From positions 1 through 25,161 of the forward strand of contig JBIJBT010000038.1 of NCBI GenBank assembly GCA_044345055.1: a stretch of 25,161 nucleotides of DNA, written 5' to 3'. Position 1 is the stretch's first letter. Every line of letters begins with the position of its first letter. The notes below the pieces were generated by a model. That model was not told where the DNA came from and did no database searches. It was given only the letters and a program-made list of their open reading frames with translations. Below are positions 1 to 9,065 of the stretch, one piece after another. The position numbers and the translations under genes were made by a program. The stretch comes from Bdellovibrionota bacterium (lineage in GTDB: Bacteria > Bdellovibrionota_C > UBA2361 > OMIW01).

Positions 1-142
1 TTTTATACCTCTCACTGTTAGGGTGAACCAGATCATCGAACAACCCACCCTCAGCTAACGATACCAGTATCATCTCGAATGAAACCCCTCGCTCTCGCCT
101 CAGCTGCTCATTCTTTGCATGGTTCCAACGAATTACCTTCAT
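1..142 (-). CDS. BrnT-like type II toxin, N-terminal part (runs off the window edge)
   Basis: Manual translation from ATG at 142: MKVIRWNHAKNEQLRRERGVSFEMILVSLAEGGLFDDLVHPNSERYK. The WNxxKNxxLxxERGVSFE and HPN motifs are typical of BrnT-like toxins. Not in the ORF track. Confidence 0.7.
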   Translation of the reverse strand, partial: MKVIRWNHAKNEQLRRERGVSFEMILVSLAEGGLFDDLVHPNSERYK

Positions 143-390
143 GTGTCTATTGTATGTACAAACGACATGCAATGCAATGATTATATCAATACGTCTGATA
201 GGCTTAGTTGGAATACTTTTATCTGGCAGAAGAAGTTGTGCTGCGGCGACCCGAGAGAATATTAAATGATAATCTCTCGCCAGAGCGGCAATCGCTCACG
301 ATGTCGGCTTAACTTCGATGTCACGAACTATCACACCCACACCATGCCCATAAAAAATTCTAACTAATTTATTTTACGAACTCGCTATAT

Positions 391-561
391 AGCTATGTAG
401 CTACAGCGCTACGAAGCTTCCAAGAGTCGGATGCCATTCCAGAGACAGTAGTAATATTTATAGGTACATACGCTCGGAATATCGGTAGCGTTCTCTGCTA
501 GACTAATTGACTGCATATAAAACATACGCCTACATACCTACACAGCTATGTAGCTACATAG
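391..561. promoter_or_regulatory. Repeated octamer/palindromic binding sites upstream of the origin
   Basis: AGCTATGTAGCTACA occurs at 391-405 and 544-558. A perfect palindrome CTATGTAG-CTACATAG lies at 546-561, preceded by phased octamers CTACATAC/CTACACAG. Confidence 0.45.
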
Positions 562-770
562 AGCAAATTAGCCTCTTTTTTCCTCTGGACAAGTCGCAAC
601 GCCCATGCGATGTCTTGGTTATAATCAACCAGAAGATTTATCCAGTATAAAGTTCAAACAGAGTAGAGAACCTTCTCTGCGCGATAGTGCTTTGCGTAGG
701 ACCCTATGCCCTCATGGCAAACTCTGAGGAACAAAACGGCGAGGCCCTTTGGGGTTCATACGGGCGATCG

Positions 771-1020
771 TGGGGTTTCAACCCCACGAAATAGTCCGTC
801 TTGCCGAGAGCAAGTCTTAGTCCGCTGCCTCAAAGAGCGTTGTTGGGGTTTCAACCCCATGATTGACGGCGATTCATGGGGTTGAAACCCCAGAAGTGTG
901 GGGTTGAAACCCCAGAAGTGTGGGGTTGAAACCCCAAGAGAAGATCGAAATCAGCAATGATTTCATATGTTTAGATAGCTTTTTTATTGCTGCACTATAT
1001 ATTACTAGATATTACTATTA
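771..1020. repeat. Putative plasmid replication origin: iterons plus AT-rich region
   Basis: TGGGGTTGAAACCCCA at 877-892, 899-914 and 921-936 (22-bp period), and inverted copies TGGGGTTTCAACCCCA at 771-786 and 844-859. An AT-rich stretch (~955-1020, with ATATTACTA repeats) follows, directly upstream of the Rep-like gene. Confidence 0.75.
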
Positions 1021-1043
1021 ACTCACTCTAAGGAGCAGAGAGC

Positions 1044-2837
1044 GTGTTGCCTTCAAAAGATATTTACGAACAGTATCCCATTGTTCGTACTGACCTCCAC
1101 CTTGAGCGTTACCCCATCTTTTCTCCATCTCAGACATTCGCTCGTCGAGAGATTTCCTCTGATAAACGATCGATAATTGTTCAGCCTTATCAGTTGATCA
1201 TTGGTGGCCCAGAGCTTGAACGCGAGTACCGACAGCGAAGTCGAACAACTAAAAAAAAAGAAAATGGCTCAGACCTAATCGCGGAGGGAACGTATCGAGA
1301 CCTGATTGTGGAAAGGGTAGGGGAGGAGTACAGGGGGGAATTGAATCTTGGAACTCTTACCGCCTTTGACCTACGTACCCTTTATTTGCTTCATGCAGAG
1401 GCATTCGATCACGCCTATCGATTGTGGTCCGAGCAGAAGCGAGAAAAATCGTGGGACTCTGTGACCGATGCTCTCGGTTGGGTGCTGGCTGAGGGAAGTA
1501 TCCCTTTTTCTATTCGCAGCATTTGCAAGCGACTCAACCTATCAGCTGGTGGTAAGACACAGTTGCCTTACTTGCGCTCCATTCAACGACTAGGAGGATG
1601 TAACATACAATGGGGCGGGCTATATGAGCGCTCAGACCGGACTTTCATTCAGCGTGGAGAAATTTTTCGTATCCTAAACAGAGTTGCGTGGGAGCAGGCG
1701 CTTGGAGATGCCTCCAGTGGTGGGACTAGAGGTTGCTTTACATTTAACCCCGACATAGTGAGAAATATTGCTCGACGGCTATGTAGACCAGCGCGCCTCG
1801 AGGTAATTTGTCAGCTGAAGACCGAAATAGGTCTACTTTTGTACAACCACTTGGATCGACTCTCATTTAAGCGTCCTGGCCCTTCTGTAAAAATAGAGCT
1901 ATCAACAAAGGAGCTGGTGGAAGATCTGGGTTTAGAAGGGGAGCACTACGAAAGCCCAGGGAGGCGGTATCGACAGCTTCAAGTGGCTGTTAATGAGCTC
2001 AAGGGCAAGAGATACCATACTCAACAGATTGAGGAGATTTCAATCTCTCGACCCCGTGGGCCGAAACAAGATGCCACTATTGAAGTGCTCCTTCTAAAAG
2101 ACTCTCGACAAGAGAGGCGGATTGAGGCCGAAAGCGAACAGCTACTTGAATCTCTCGAGCGAGCACAAGATCAACAGAGGGCGCGATTCTCCCGAGAATT
2201 GGCCAATGCGTTTGAAAGCTCGCCGATTTTGGTTTCTATTGATGCTCATTCAAGCCCTGCTATCATAGAATCCAAGAACGATCTCAAAATCTCTTCTGAT
2301 CCGTCGCTATCAATGTTTTCGAAAAATTTGGTTAAGAGTTACGCACAAAAAAGAGGAAAAGGGCTAGTTTGCTCGTCAAAAGATGAGGCCGCAGCCGAAG
2401 TACTCATAGCAAAAGTGGGTAAGGATGCTTCACGATTTATTGATTTTGTACTCGCCCAAAATTGGGTACCCGATAGCTTTGCCGGTGCGGTAACATCATA
2501 CAGCGAGAGTTTTCTTGCAGAATTAGGGAAAAGGAATGAGCAAAGCAAGCATAAATCGCTTGAACGGATTGCTCGAAAAAAGCGAGTTGATGTTGAGCAA
2601 TCGATCCGGCATGCGGAGCTCTACTGGAAGGACCGTATGATAGTCCATTACAACTCGTTGTCAGATAGAGAGAAGCAGGTATTTGATGATCGAGCTATAA
2701 GTTCACACCCAGAGTGCAAAAGTGCATTAAGTTCGGCACTAACTAACCGTTTCAGCGGAGCAGTGATTGAAAAGCTCAAAGAGCTTGCTCGAGTGAATCA
2801 TTATCGCCAAACTATCGAAGGCTCTGATAAGAGATGA
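1044..2837 (+). CDS. Putative plasmid replication initiator protein (RepA-like, winged-helix type) with C-terminal extension
   Basis: 597-aa ORF with AGGAG RBS at 1031-1035. Segments DLHLERYPIFS, LTAFDLRTLYLL, IPFSIRSICKRLNLS and LLLYNHLD resemble plasmid Rep initiators, and the gene is adjacent to iterons. Confidence 0.7.
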   Translation: MLPSKDIYEQYPIVRTDLHLERYPIFSPSQTFARREISSDKRSIIVQPYQLIIGGPELEREYRQRSRTTKKKENGSDLIAEGTYRDLIVERVGEEYRGELNLGTLTAFDLRTLYLLHAEAFDHAYRLWSEQKREKSWDSVTDALGWVLAEGSIPFSIRSICKRLNLSAGGKTQLPYLRSIQRLGGCNIQWGGLYERSDRTFIQRGEIFRILNRVAWEQALGDASSGGTRGCFTFNPDIVRNIARRLCRPARLEVICQLKTEIGLLLYNHLDRLSFKRPGPSVKIELSTKELVEDLGLEGEHYESPGRRYRQLQVAVNELKGKRYHTQQIEEISISRPRGPKQDATIEVLLLKDSRQERRIEAESEQLLESLERAQDQQRARFSRELANAFESSPILVSIDAHSSPAIIESKNDLKISSDPSLSMFSKNLVKSYAQKRGKGLVCSSKDEAAAEVLIAKVGKDASRFIDFVLAQNWVPDSFAGAVTSYSESFLAELGKRNEQSKHKSLERIARKKRVDVEQSIRHAELYWKDRMIVHYNSLSDREKQVFDDRAISSHPECKSALSSALTNRFSGAVIEKLKELARVNHYRQTIEGSDKR

Positions 2838-3109
2838 GTTCTACCTTTGTGTATCGAGAGAAGGATTCAGGAGGGCGTCCTTATGGTGTTTCCTTTGGCT
2901 GGAACGACTCCCTTTGCACGTACTTCATGGACGTTTACGATTGGTACGATACCATGGATTTTTTCCTCCGAGTTGGTACGGAATATCAGCAATACGACGA
3001 CTTTGAATTGTTTTTGGATATATCCATTCAGATGTTGCAAGATAAAGGGTTGCCTCATCAAGAGTTCGAGCGACGTGCTAGAGGTATTGCAAGTATTACT
3101 CACCATTAA
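2834..3109 (+). CDS. Small acidic hypothetical protein, translationally coupled to rep
   Basis: 91-aa ORF whose ATG overlaps the rep stop codon (ATGA). Confidence 0.5.
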   Translation: MSSTFVYREKDSGGRPYGVSFGWNDSLCTYFMDVYDWYDTMDFFLRVGTEYQQYDDFELFLDISIQMLQDKGLPHQEFERRARGIASITHH

Positions 3110-3145
3110 TGAGCTCAATGATAGGACCAATGAGCCGCGGAAGCG

Positions 3146-3712
3146 AATTAGATAACGACGATTCCGGAACTTTTAAATCTGATTGACATTGAAGGAGCGA
3201 CCGTAACGTTGGATGCAATGGGGTGCCAGACATCTATAGTTTCTGAGATTGTTGAAAAAGGCGGCGATTATGTTATTGGGCTCAAGGGGAATCAGGGGAA
3301 CTTACATGAATCGGTAGAGCGATATTTTGCTGATGTATCTCCCGAGGAATGTGAAAAAAGTGATGACACTAGCGTCCTGTACCATGTAGAGAAGGGGCAT
3401 GGTCGAATAGAAGAGCGAGTATATGTCATCGACGAAAAGGTGCGTTGGTTGCCCGGGTTCTCAAAATGGGCTGGTCTTCGTTCGATTGGGATGGTTATGT
3501 CAAAGCGAACGATCGGCGACAAGCAGACTTCAGAGAGGAGATACTATATCTCCAGTTTGCCGTGCGATGTTGAGTCTTTCGCGCAAGCAGTCCGAAATCA
3601 CTGGCAGATTGAAAATGGCTTACATCACGTGCTTGATGTTTCATTCGGAGAGGACCGCTCCCGGATTCGCAGCTCGTATGCTCCAGAAAATATGGCTGTT
3701 ATCAGACGAATG
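3146..3712 (+). pseudogene. ISAs1-family transposase, internal/C-terminal fragment
   Basis: N*ITTIPELLNLIDIEGATVTLDAMGCQ...DYVIGLKGNQ...EKGHGRIEER...VRNHWQIENGLHHVLDVSFGED are hallmark ISAs1 motifs. The N-terminal half is missing, there is an in-frame TAG at 3149-3151, and the 3' end abuts the darT fragment. Confidence 0.9.
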
Positions 3713-4031
3713 ACCGCTTACGAAGAATCGGAGTCTGACCGCCACGATAGGTAATCTCAGGATGATTTTTCATGTGTAGCATATACAACATGACCGATCG
3801 TGGACAGAAATAGAATGGTACACATTCGCCGACATGAAGATATGGATAACTGTTGAGTGTCTTTGCCAATCTCCTCGCTTTAATAGTACTCATTCCAATG
3901 GTTGTTCCCGGTAATGGAGTGCCCTGAACCGCCGCATCACTAAACAAACAGCCTTGACTGACAATCGATGCCAGCCTGTCGACGTGCACGATATGAAAAA
4001 TCTTTGGATTTGCTGGGATGTCAGTGCTCAT
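3702..4031 (-). pseudogene. darT: DarT (DUF4433) ssDNA ADP-ribosyltransferase toxin, N-terminal half only
   Basis: KIFHIVHVDRLASI, VPFYFCPRSVMLY and YRGGQTPI match DUF4433/DarT. Similarity stops at ~3722, about half the usual length. No darG is present. Confidence 0.85.
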
Positions 4032-4082
4032 TCCAAAGACCTTCTTTTCGGCGTTTTCTGTCGTCCATTCTAACTCCTCCCA

Positions 4083-4355
4083 TTACCAGTCCGCATTACG
4101 GTACTTTTTGAGTTGGCCTGCATTAAGCACCTCGTAAGGGATCATCTTCTTTTTCTGCAGGGGGGTGATGTTTTTGCCGACCCCATCGTTCGGCCAGTAG
4201 CTCATCGATCTTGGCTTTGAAGGCTTCGATCTCTTTGAGCTGTCTGAAGATGAGGTCTTTTTCGTTCTGGGCATCGGCGCTTTGGTTGCCGGAGAGATCG
4301 CTCTGGCGGTTGACCAGTGAACGTTCCCGGTGCTCGATGTAGACTGAGCGCAGGC
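4083..4355 (-). pseudogene. 3' end of a BREX PglX-like DNA methyltransferase, frameshifted
   Basis: Two frames joined at ~4188 give LRSVYIEHRERSLVNRQSDL...QLKEIEAFKAKIDELLAE / DGVGKNITPLQKKKMIPYEVLNAGQLKKY, resembling the PglX C-terminal (D)DGVxxN motif region. Confidence 0.55.
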
Positions 4356-4796
4356 GATTTTGCCGATCAGCTTGAGCACGTGGTTGCTCCTGCATTGCGG
4401 GCCAGATTTATCGTGCTTGCCGACCGGTACATTTTCACTCTGATGGCGCGCAGTGTCATTCGGGGACTCGATGAGGATTGGGTTAAGGAGATGTACAACT
4501 TTGCTATCGTGCCCGACCTTATCATATCCCTCAAAGTGCGGCCTCAGATACTGGCTGAGCGAACGTTCCGAAAGAGAAGTTTCGTTGATTATTGGGAATC
4601 GGGTCAGGATATCCAACGGTCCTCTGACCTGTACGACGGCTTTATCTCGTATCAGTCAAAGATGCAAAGAATCTTGCGCAGCGCAGCAAAGAGCTACCCC
4701 TTCCAAGAGATTAATGGAGAAGGTTCTCCCGAGCAGGTGCACAGTGAAGTCCGGGTTCACGTCGAGCGGCTATTGGGAACGGTCGGTGGGGGATGA
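4350..4796 (+). pseudogene. tmk: Thymidylate kinase (dTMP kinase), C-terminal fragment lacking the P-loop
   Basis: DFADQLEHVVAPALRARFIVLADRYIFTLMAR...PDL contains the TMK DRY motif. The N-terminus is replaced by the pglX-like fragment on the opposite strand. Confidence 0.8.
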
Positions 4797-5026
4797 AGAG
4801 CGAGAAAGTGATAGTACAAGGGCTCTTTCCGCTTCCCCCCCTTTCTTATACCCCGCCTCTTATGCTCGGACCCATAGAGGGCATCTCACACGAGCACAGC
4901 GACTGGGGGCGGCATGGCGCTAAGCTCTCACGCCGTCCAACCGACGCCGACTCAGGGGAACTCGCTCTTCTCCACCATCACCACTTTAGGTACATGATCT
5001 GGTCGTAACTCCTTGGCTCCCAGTTT

Positions 5027-6082
5027 TCAAGAGCCGGCCTCTTCAGACTTGCGGAGAGAAGGATCGCGAGCTGGAATAGTCGGCATGATTTCGGCGCACA
5101 AGCTTTTGTCGAATCTCGGCAAATCGATGAGAGCCTCGGATCCATTTAGTTGAAGACTTCCTGACCGTATGACGTCGTTAAACTTCCGTATCATGTCAAT
5201 AGAGTTCGTATCGCCTTCGGGCTGAGGGGCTTTGTCTTTGATGAATGTACCAAGCGTCTCATAGTAATTGTCTTCTTTGTAAGGCTGCTTAAACGCGGTG
5301 AGCCGGTCTCCATGGATGACCACCGGATTAAAGTACCTCACCGGATTCTGAACCCGTTTCTCGCCGTCGGAATCTTGGACTTGTGCTGAATTTTTATCAG
5401 TCCCTGAGTTGGAGCGCGTCCCCGCACCGCAGACCTTCTGATCCCCGGTGATGGTACAAATAAACAATCCGTAGACGGTTGGTGTTTCGGAAGTCGGCAC
5501 CATCAATTCGACTGAGCCGTCACCCTCAAGGGCCTTCAGTCCCACCTCAGCGCCCGATACGTTGAGCCTCCCTTGCTTCGAAGGCTGTAATTGCTGAAGA
5601 GTCATCACGAGACGGGAGCCGGGTTTTTGCAGGTCACCGTTGATAATATCAAGGTCCCCGATGGCGCAGCGCCGAGTGTTTCTAAACTTTACTCGCACTA
5701 AAAGCGCTTCTCCTTTCTTCGGAAGCTCCCTGGTTCGAGCACCAATCACCGGGCTCACGCCTTCATCGAGTGTGTCCTTCGGCACATCGATAATCGCAGT
5801 GTCATACCATTCTGGATACACCAGCTGCTTCGGTGTTCCGAATGGTATCGGCGAGGTTGTCGGACCCAATGGCGAGGGGGTTTCGTTCGACCTCTGTGTC
5901 CCGTCTGAAATCGCGGGCACCGGAGAGCCTGCTATTTGCTGTTTCTCCCCCAAGTCGGGCCCCGTGCTGACCTGAGGAGCGGGTTCTTTCTGAGAAACCT
6001 TTTCCCAAGGTACCCATCGAAAGAGAAAGCTCAAACCCACGACGAGAAGAGCAACGATGAAAACTGAACGATAGTTGGACAT
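5027..6082 (-). CDS. Membrane-anchored/secreted hypothetical protein
   Basis: 351-aa ORF with an N-terminal hydrophobic helix, a Pro/Ser/Thr-rich linker and a Cys-containing globular domain. Confidence 0.75.
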   Translation of the reverse strand: MSNYRSVFIVALLVVGLSFLFRWVPWEKVSQKEPAPQVSTGPDLGEKQQIAGSPVPAISDGTQRSNETPSPLGPTTSPIPFGTPKQLVYPEWYDTAIIDVPKDTLDEGVSPVIGARTRELPKKGEALLVRVKFRNTRRCAIGDLDIINGDLQKPGSRLVMTLQQLQPSKQGRLNVSGAEVGLKALEGDGSVELMVPTSETPTVYGLFICTITGDQKVCGAGTRSNSGTDKNSAQVQDSDGEKRVQNPVRYFNPVVIHGDRLTAFKQPYKEDNYYETLGTFIKDKAPQPEGDTNSIDMIRKFNDVIRSGSLQLNGSEALIDLPRFDKSLCAEIMPTIPARDPSLRKSEEAGS

Positions 6083-6263
6083 TGGGACCCAGGAAGAAGA
6101 AAAAGCCTGTTCGGATCCGTCACAAAGGGGTCTGGACCGGAGGGCTGATGCACAGCACTTGCTTTCCCGTGGATATCGCCTACTTCGGGTATGAGCAACA
6201 CCCTTCCCTCAAGCGCGTCTTGCCTCAAAAATAATGTTTCTGCGCTTACCCCCATATTTTGGA

Positions 6264-6322
6264 CTTACCTCCATACCTTACCTCCATACCTCAGAGGTAT
6301 AGAGGTAAGTATAGAGGTAAGG
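6264..6322. repeat. Palindromic site, class P (copy 1), with stacked arm units
   Basis: CCTTACCTCCATACCTC-A-GAGGTATAGAGGTAAG at 6276-6309 (centre 6293), with an extra CTTACCTCCATA on the left and TATAGAGGTAAGG on the right. Confidence 0.95.
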
Positions 6323-6473
6323 GTAGACGTAGTGACTAAGGTGCTGAACGATCAGGCGGCATTTGCACCCACCGCTTTGTAAAAAAACAGACCAGGCGTC
6401 AGGATGGGGGAGTACTTCACCTCGCTGATACAGGGATCGCAGTGGCGGCGTAGTATAGGCAATCTGAGGCTAA

Positions 6474-7280
6474 CTACTCGTCGCCCCGACGCCCCTCCCA
6501 GGCGAAATTAACTATGGATGGAGTTCGGTTCAAAAGGGGCAGATTAAGTGGCTTCCCCCCGTCGGATCCAACGCTTTTGTACCTAAACGATAAGCCTGTT
6601 GAGGAAGTGATTCGCAGTGTACGAGAGCGGCGTTTGACGCCCCGATCAGGTCTATCTGTCGTTAACAAAAGCGTGACTGAGCATTTGGACTCCACCCCTT
6701 CTGCGTCACGACAACGTGCTCCCTCAAAGCGCACATCAAGGAGCTTGGTGCCTCCCGCACCCAAGGGCTTGTAAGTCTCGCGAGTTAAAACCAGCCCCTC
6801 ATTATCGTTTCTATTGATAGAGATCGAGCCGCGTGAGGTTGATATCCATAACTCCTGTTTTTGCGAAGGAACCCGCTTTACCCATGGAAAGTACTTAGCA
6901 TACCAATACTCCATGTCTCCGAATCGGATATTGAGAAGCTTGGGTTTTTTCGGAGTTTCCGACCCACGTGGGGAGAACCATATGAAGTACTCAATATAAT
7001 CCCTTGAGGTGAATGTGTGCGGCTCTGCCTGCGAAGCAGAGATACAAGACATTAGTAGTGCAATCACTGAAATAATACTCGCAGCCCCGCTCTTAATACT
7101 ACGCGGCCCTCCGATTCTCTTATCGTGACGAGCTCTTTCCATAAGACGTGTCCCTAAATTACACCATTCTGTCTTTATCTTATCATCAAAGTAAGTAGTT
7201 TTTCCAATTCTTTCACTGCCGCACAGGCAGCTCAGAAATTGCCTACGACGCCCACGGCTTTGAATAGCTTCACTGCCCAT
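6474..7280 (-). CDS. Hypothetical protein, probably secreted (true start likely downstream of the annotated one)
   Basis: 268-aa ORF with an internal signal-peptide-like segment (AASIISVIALLMSCISASQA) starting near residue 66. Confidence 0.5.
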   Translation of the reverse strand: MGSEAIQSRGRRRQFLSCLCGSERIGKTTYFDDKIKTEWCNLGTRLMERARHDKRIGGPRSIKSGAASIISVIALLMSCISASQAEPHTFTSRDYIEYFIWFSPRGSETPKKPKLLNIRFGDMEYWYAKYFPWVKRVPSQKQELWISTSRGSISINRNDNEGLVLTRETYKPLGAGGTKLLDVRFEGARCRDAEGVESKCSVTLLLTTDRPDRGVKRRSRTLRITSSTGLSFRYKSVGSDGGKPLNLPLLNRTPSIVNFAWEGRRGDE

Positions 7281-7281
7281 G

Positions 7282-7309
7282 CCCTTTATAGCTCAGAGGT
7301 ATATCAGGG
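7282..7309. repeat. Degenerate copy of the palindromic site
   Basis: CCCTTTATAGCTC-A-GAGGTATATCAGGG (centre 7295), at the boundary between the 268-aa ORF and the IS66-like remnant. Confidence 0.55.
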
Positions 7310-7329
7310 TGGGGCATCTCTCAATTTTG

Positions 7330-7989
7330 TGTGACTCTATCCTGTCTATGCGGGTAGGGCTCGCCCGCCTCCCGTGCTGGGCTTTTCGTACGCCGGTATC
7401 ATCGCAGAGGGCTTTGAGAGTGAATCGCCACTCGTCGACAGCAAATTCGCCTTCAATGCTAAGAGCGCAAAAACAACCGTCTCGGCACCAAGGTGATAGA
7501 TCTCAAGCGCCAACTCTTGGGTGAGCTCACCTCGGCCGAGAATCGATTCAACAATGTCGCGATATGCTAGATGATGATCTGTGCAAATAGCTTCCGTGCA
7601 AGAAGCATAACACACATTTTTTTGACGACTTTTTCGCCTCTATACGCCTCTCCAGCGCATTCGGATATTTTACCCACCAAAACCTGAGCGCAGACTCTCT
7701 CGCACCCCACACACAGAGCAATCCACAGCCTCAGAGGGCTATTCCCGTACAAATCCCCTCGTGCAGCTCGATTTCAAAATTTCGACCAAAAACCCTGTCA
7801 TTAGCAAAAGCAAACTTTTCTCCACAACCCATCACTTTTTTCACAACCCCTTCCCAATACATCAGCACTAAGTCGCATCATCGCAACGTACGCTCACCGA
7901 CTCACCCACACGAGGTCCGCCACAAGGAAGGCCCCTCCGGGGCTGCTATTTCTCTTTAGAGTTGGCTCGGCAAAGTGCTAATGAGTTAC
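7330..7989 (-). mobile_element. Decayed IS66-like (ISBst12-type) left end with transposase N-terminal remnant
   Basis: Remnant peptide ELTQELALEIYHLGAETVVFALL...KPSAMIPAYEKPS resembles the N-terminus of single-ORF IS66 transposases. The minus strand from 7989 begins GTAACTCATTAGC, similar to GTAAC-type IS66 termini. Confidence 0.4.
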
Positions 7990-8125
7990 GGAATTCTTTT
8001 TCTAGGCTCGAGTGGATCGAGTCGCGTTTTAGCATTCCAACGCCGTGCTCCGCTGGTGTTAACGCCGCTAAAAAACCGCGGGAAACCCCATATCAGTCAT
8101 GACTGGCAGAGTTTTCCGTAGGGCC

Positions 8126-8821
8126 TTATTTAATCGGTATCTTTATTGTCTCCGCGATAACCGAAAATCCGTTCTCGGATGACCCGACCACGTAGAGTAT
8201 TCGGTAGGACCTACGAATATCTCGAGCTGGTAAGATGACGCGCTTAGCCGAACGGGTCGCGAGTGTTCCGCTGTACCTCAACCAGGTGCCTCCAAGAATA
8301 AAGCTACTTGCCTCTTGGCCGTTTCTAATTGTTTGAAGCAATGAGGGTATGCGTACTCCCTGCTCACTTAGTCCCACCCGAACTTCAACCGATCCGGCTT
8401 TAGCGAGATGTCGAATGCTGATGCCAGTCGTAATAATTGTTGTTCCCGTGTTCTGGAATACGGCAAGCTGAGGAGTCCCCTTGCCTGAGAGGCTTGCTAT
8501 GAGGGAGAAAGATTCTTTTTGAGCTTGCTCAGAGATAGTGATCTTCTTCTTGATAACCGCAGTTCCTTCACAGTTTCCGGTGGCTAAAAACACCCTCACG
8601 ACGTACTCTCCGGTGCCTAGCTCCACCTTGGTGGATTGCTTAAACTTGACTCCTTTGAGGGCACAGGAGCCGTTCACTGAGATATCCACCGGAAGCTCTT
8701 GGGCTAATCCAAGGTCCTTCCCGTTGATACCGTGGATAACCCGTACGTCTGCGGCGGAGGCGTGATGGGGCATCCCTACCAGCATCGCGAGCGAGAAGGC
8801 GAAATATGCTAGTTTTTTCAT
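8126..8821 (-). CDS. Secreted DUF4397-like protein
   Basis: Signal peptide followed by ADVRVIHGI...PVDISVNG and a second ISIRHLA repeat, the pattern of DUF4397 proteins. AGGAG lies upstream. Confidence 0.7.
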   Translation of the reverse strand: MKKLAYFAFSLAMLVGMPHHASAADVRVIHGINGKDLGLAQELPVDISVNGSCALKGVKFKQSTKVELGTGEYVVRVFLATGNCEGTAVIKKKITISEQAQKESFSLIASLSGKGTPQLAVFQNTGTTIITTGISIRHLAKAGSVEVRVGLSEQGVRIPSLLQTIRNGQEASSFILGGTWLRYSGTLATRSAKRVILPARDIRRSYRILYVVGSSENGFSVIAETIKIPIK

Positions 8822-9065
8822 AATGTTAGTGGCGCTCCTTAAAGGGCACTAAGAGCTATAACCGAATCTGGTGTTTAAGGGTTTGAAAGAAAGCGGCATA
8901 TCTGGTTGATTGTTAGTCATCAAACAGAACATTTAACCGAGGAGTACGCCGCTATGAGTAAGAGTAATTGTATTGAGCTCTCAGGTCGAGGTCAGATTGG
9001 TGATCCTTTGACCCTATTAGCTCTATCAGGGTGCCGAGAAAAAGATACCTAAGACACTTCTTCTA

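Noticed and set aside
877..936. GTTGAAAC-containing repeats as a CRISPR array
   Set aside because: The period is only 22 bp with identical 6-bp linkers, so there are no unique spacers and no cas genes. Position before a Rep-like gene fits iterons.
4083..4616. 177-aa minus-strand ORF as a real gene
   Set aside because: It is a chimera: antisense to the tmk fragment plus out-of-frame and in-frame pglX-like sequence.
7726..7742. AGCCTCAGAGGGCT as another palindrome copy
   Set aside because: Only the CCTCAGAGG core matches; the arms do not.
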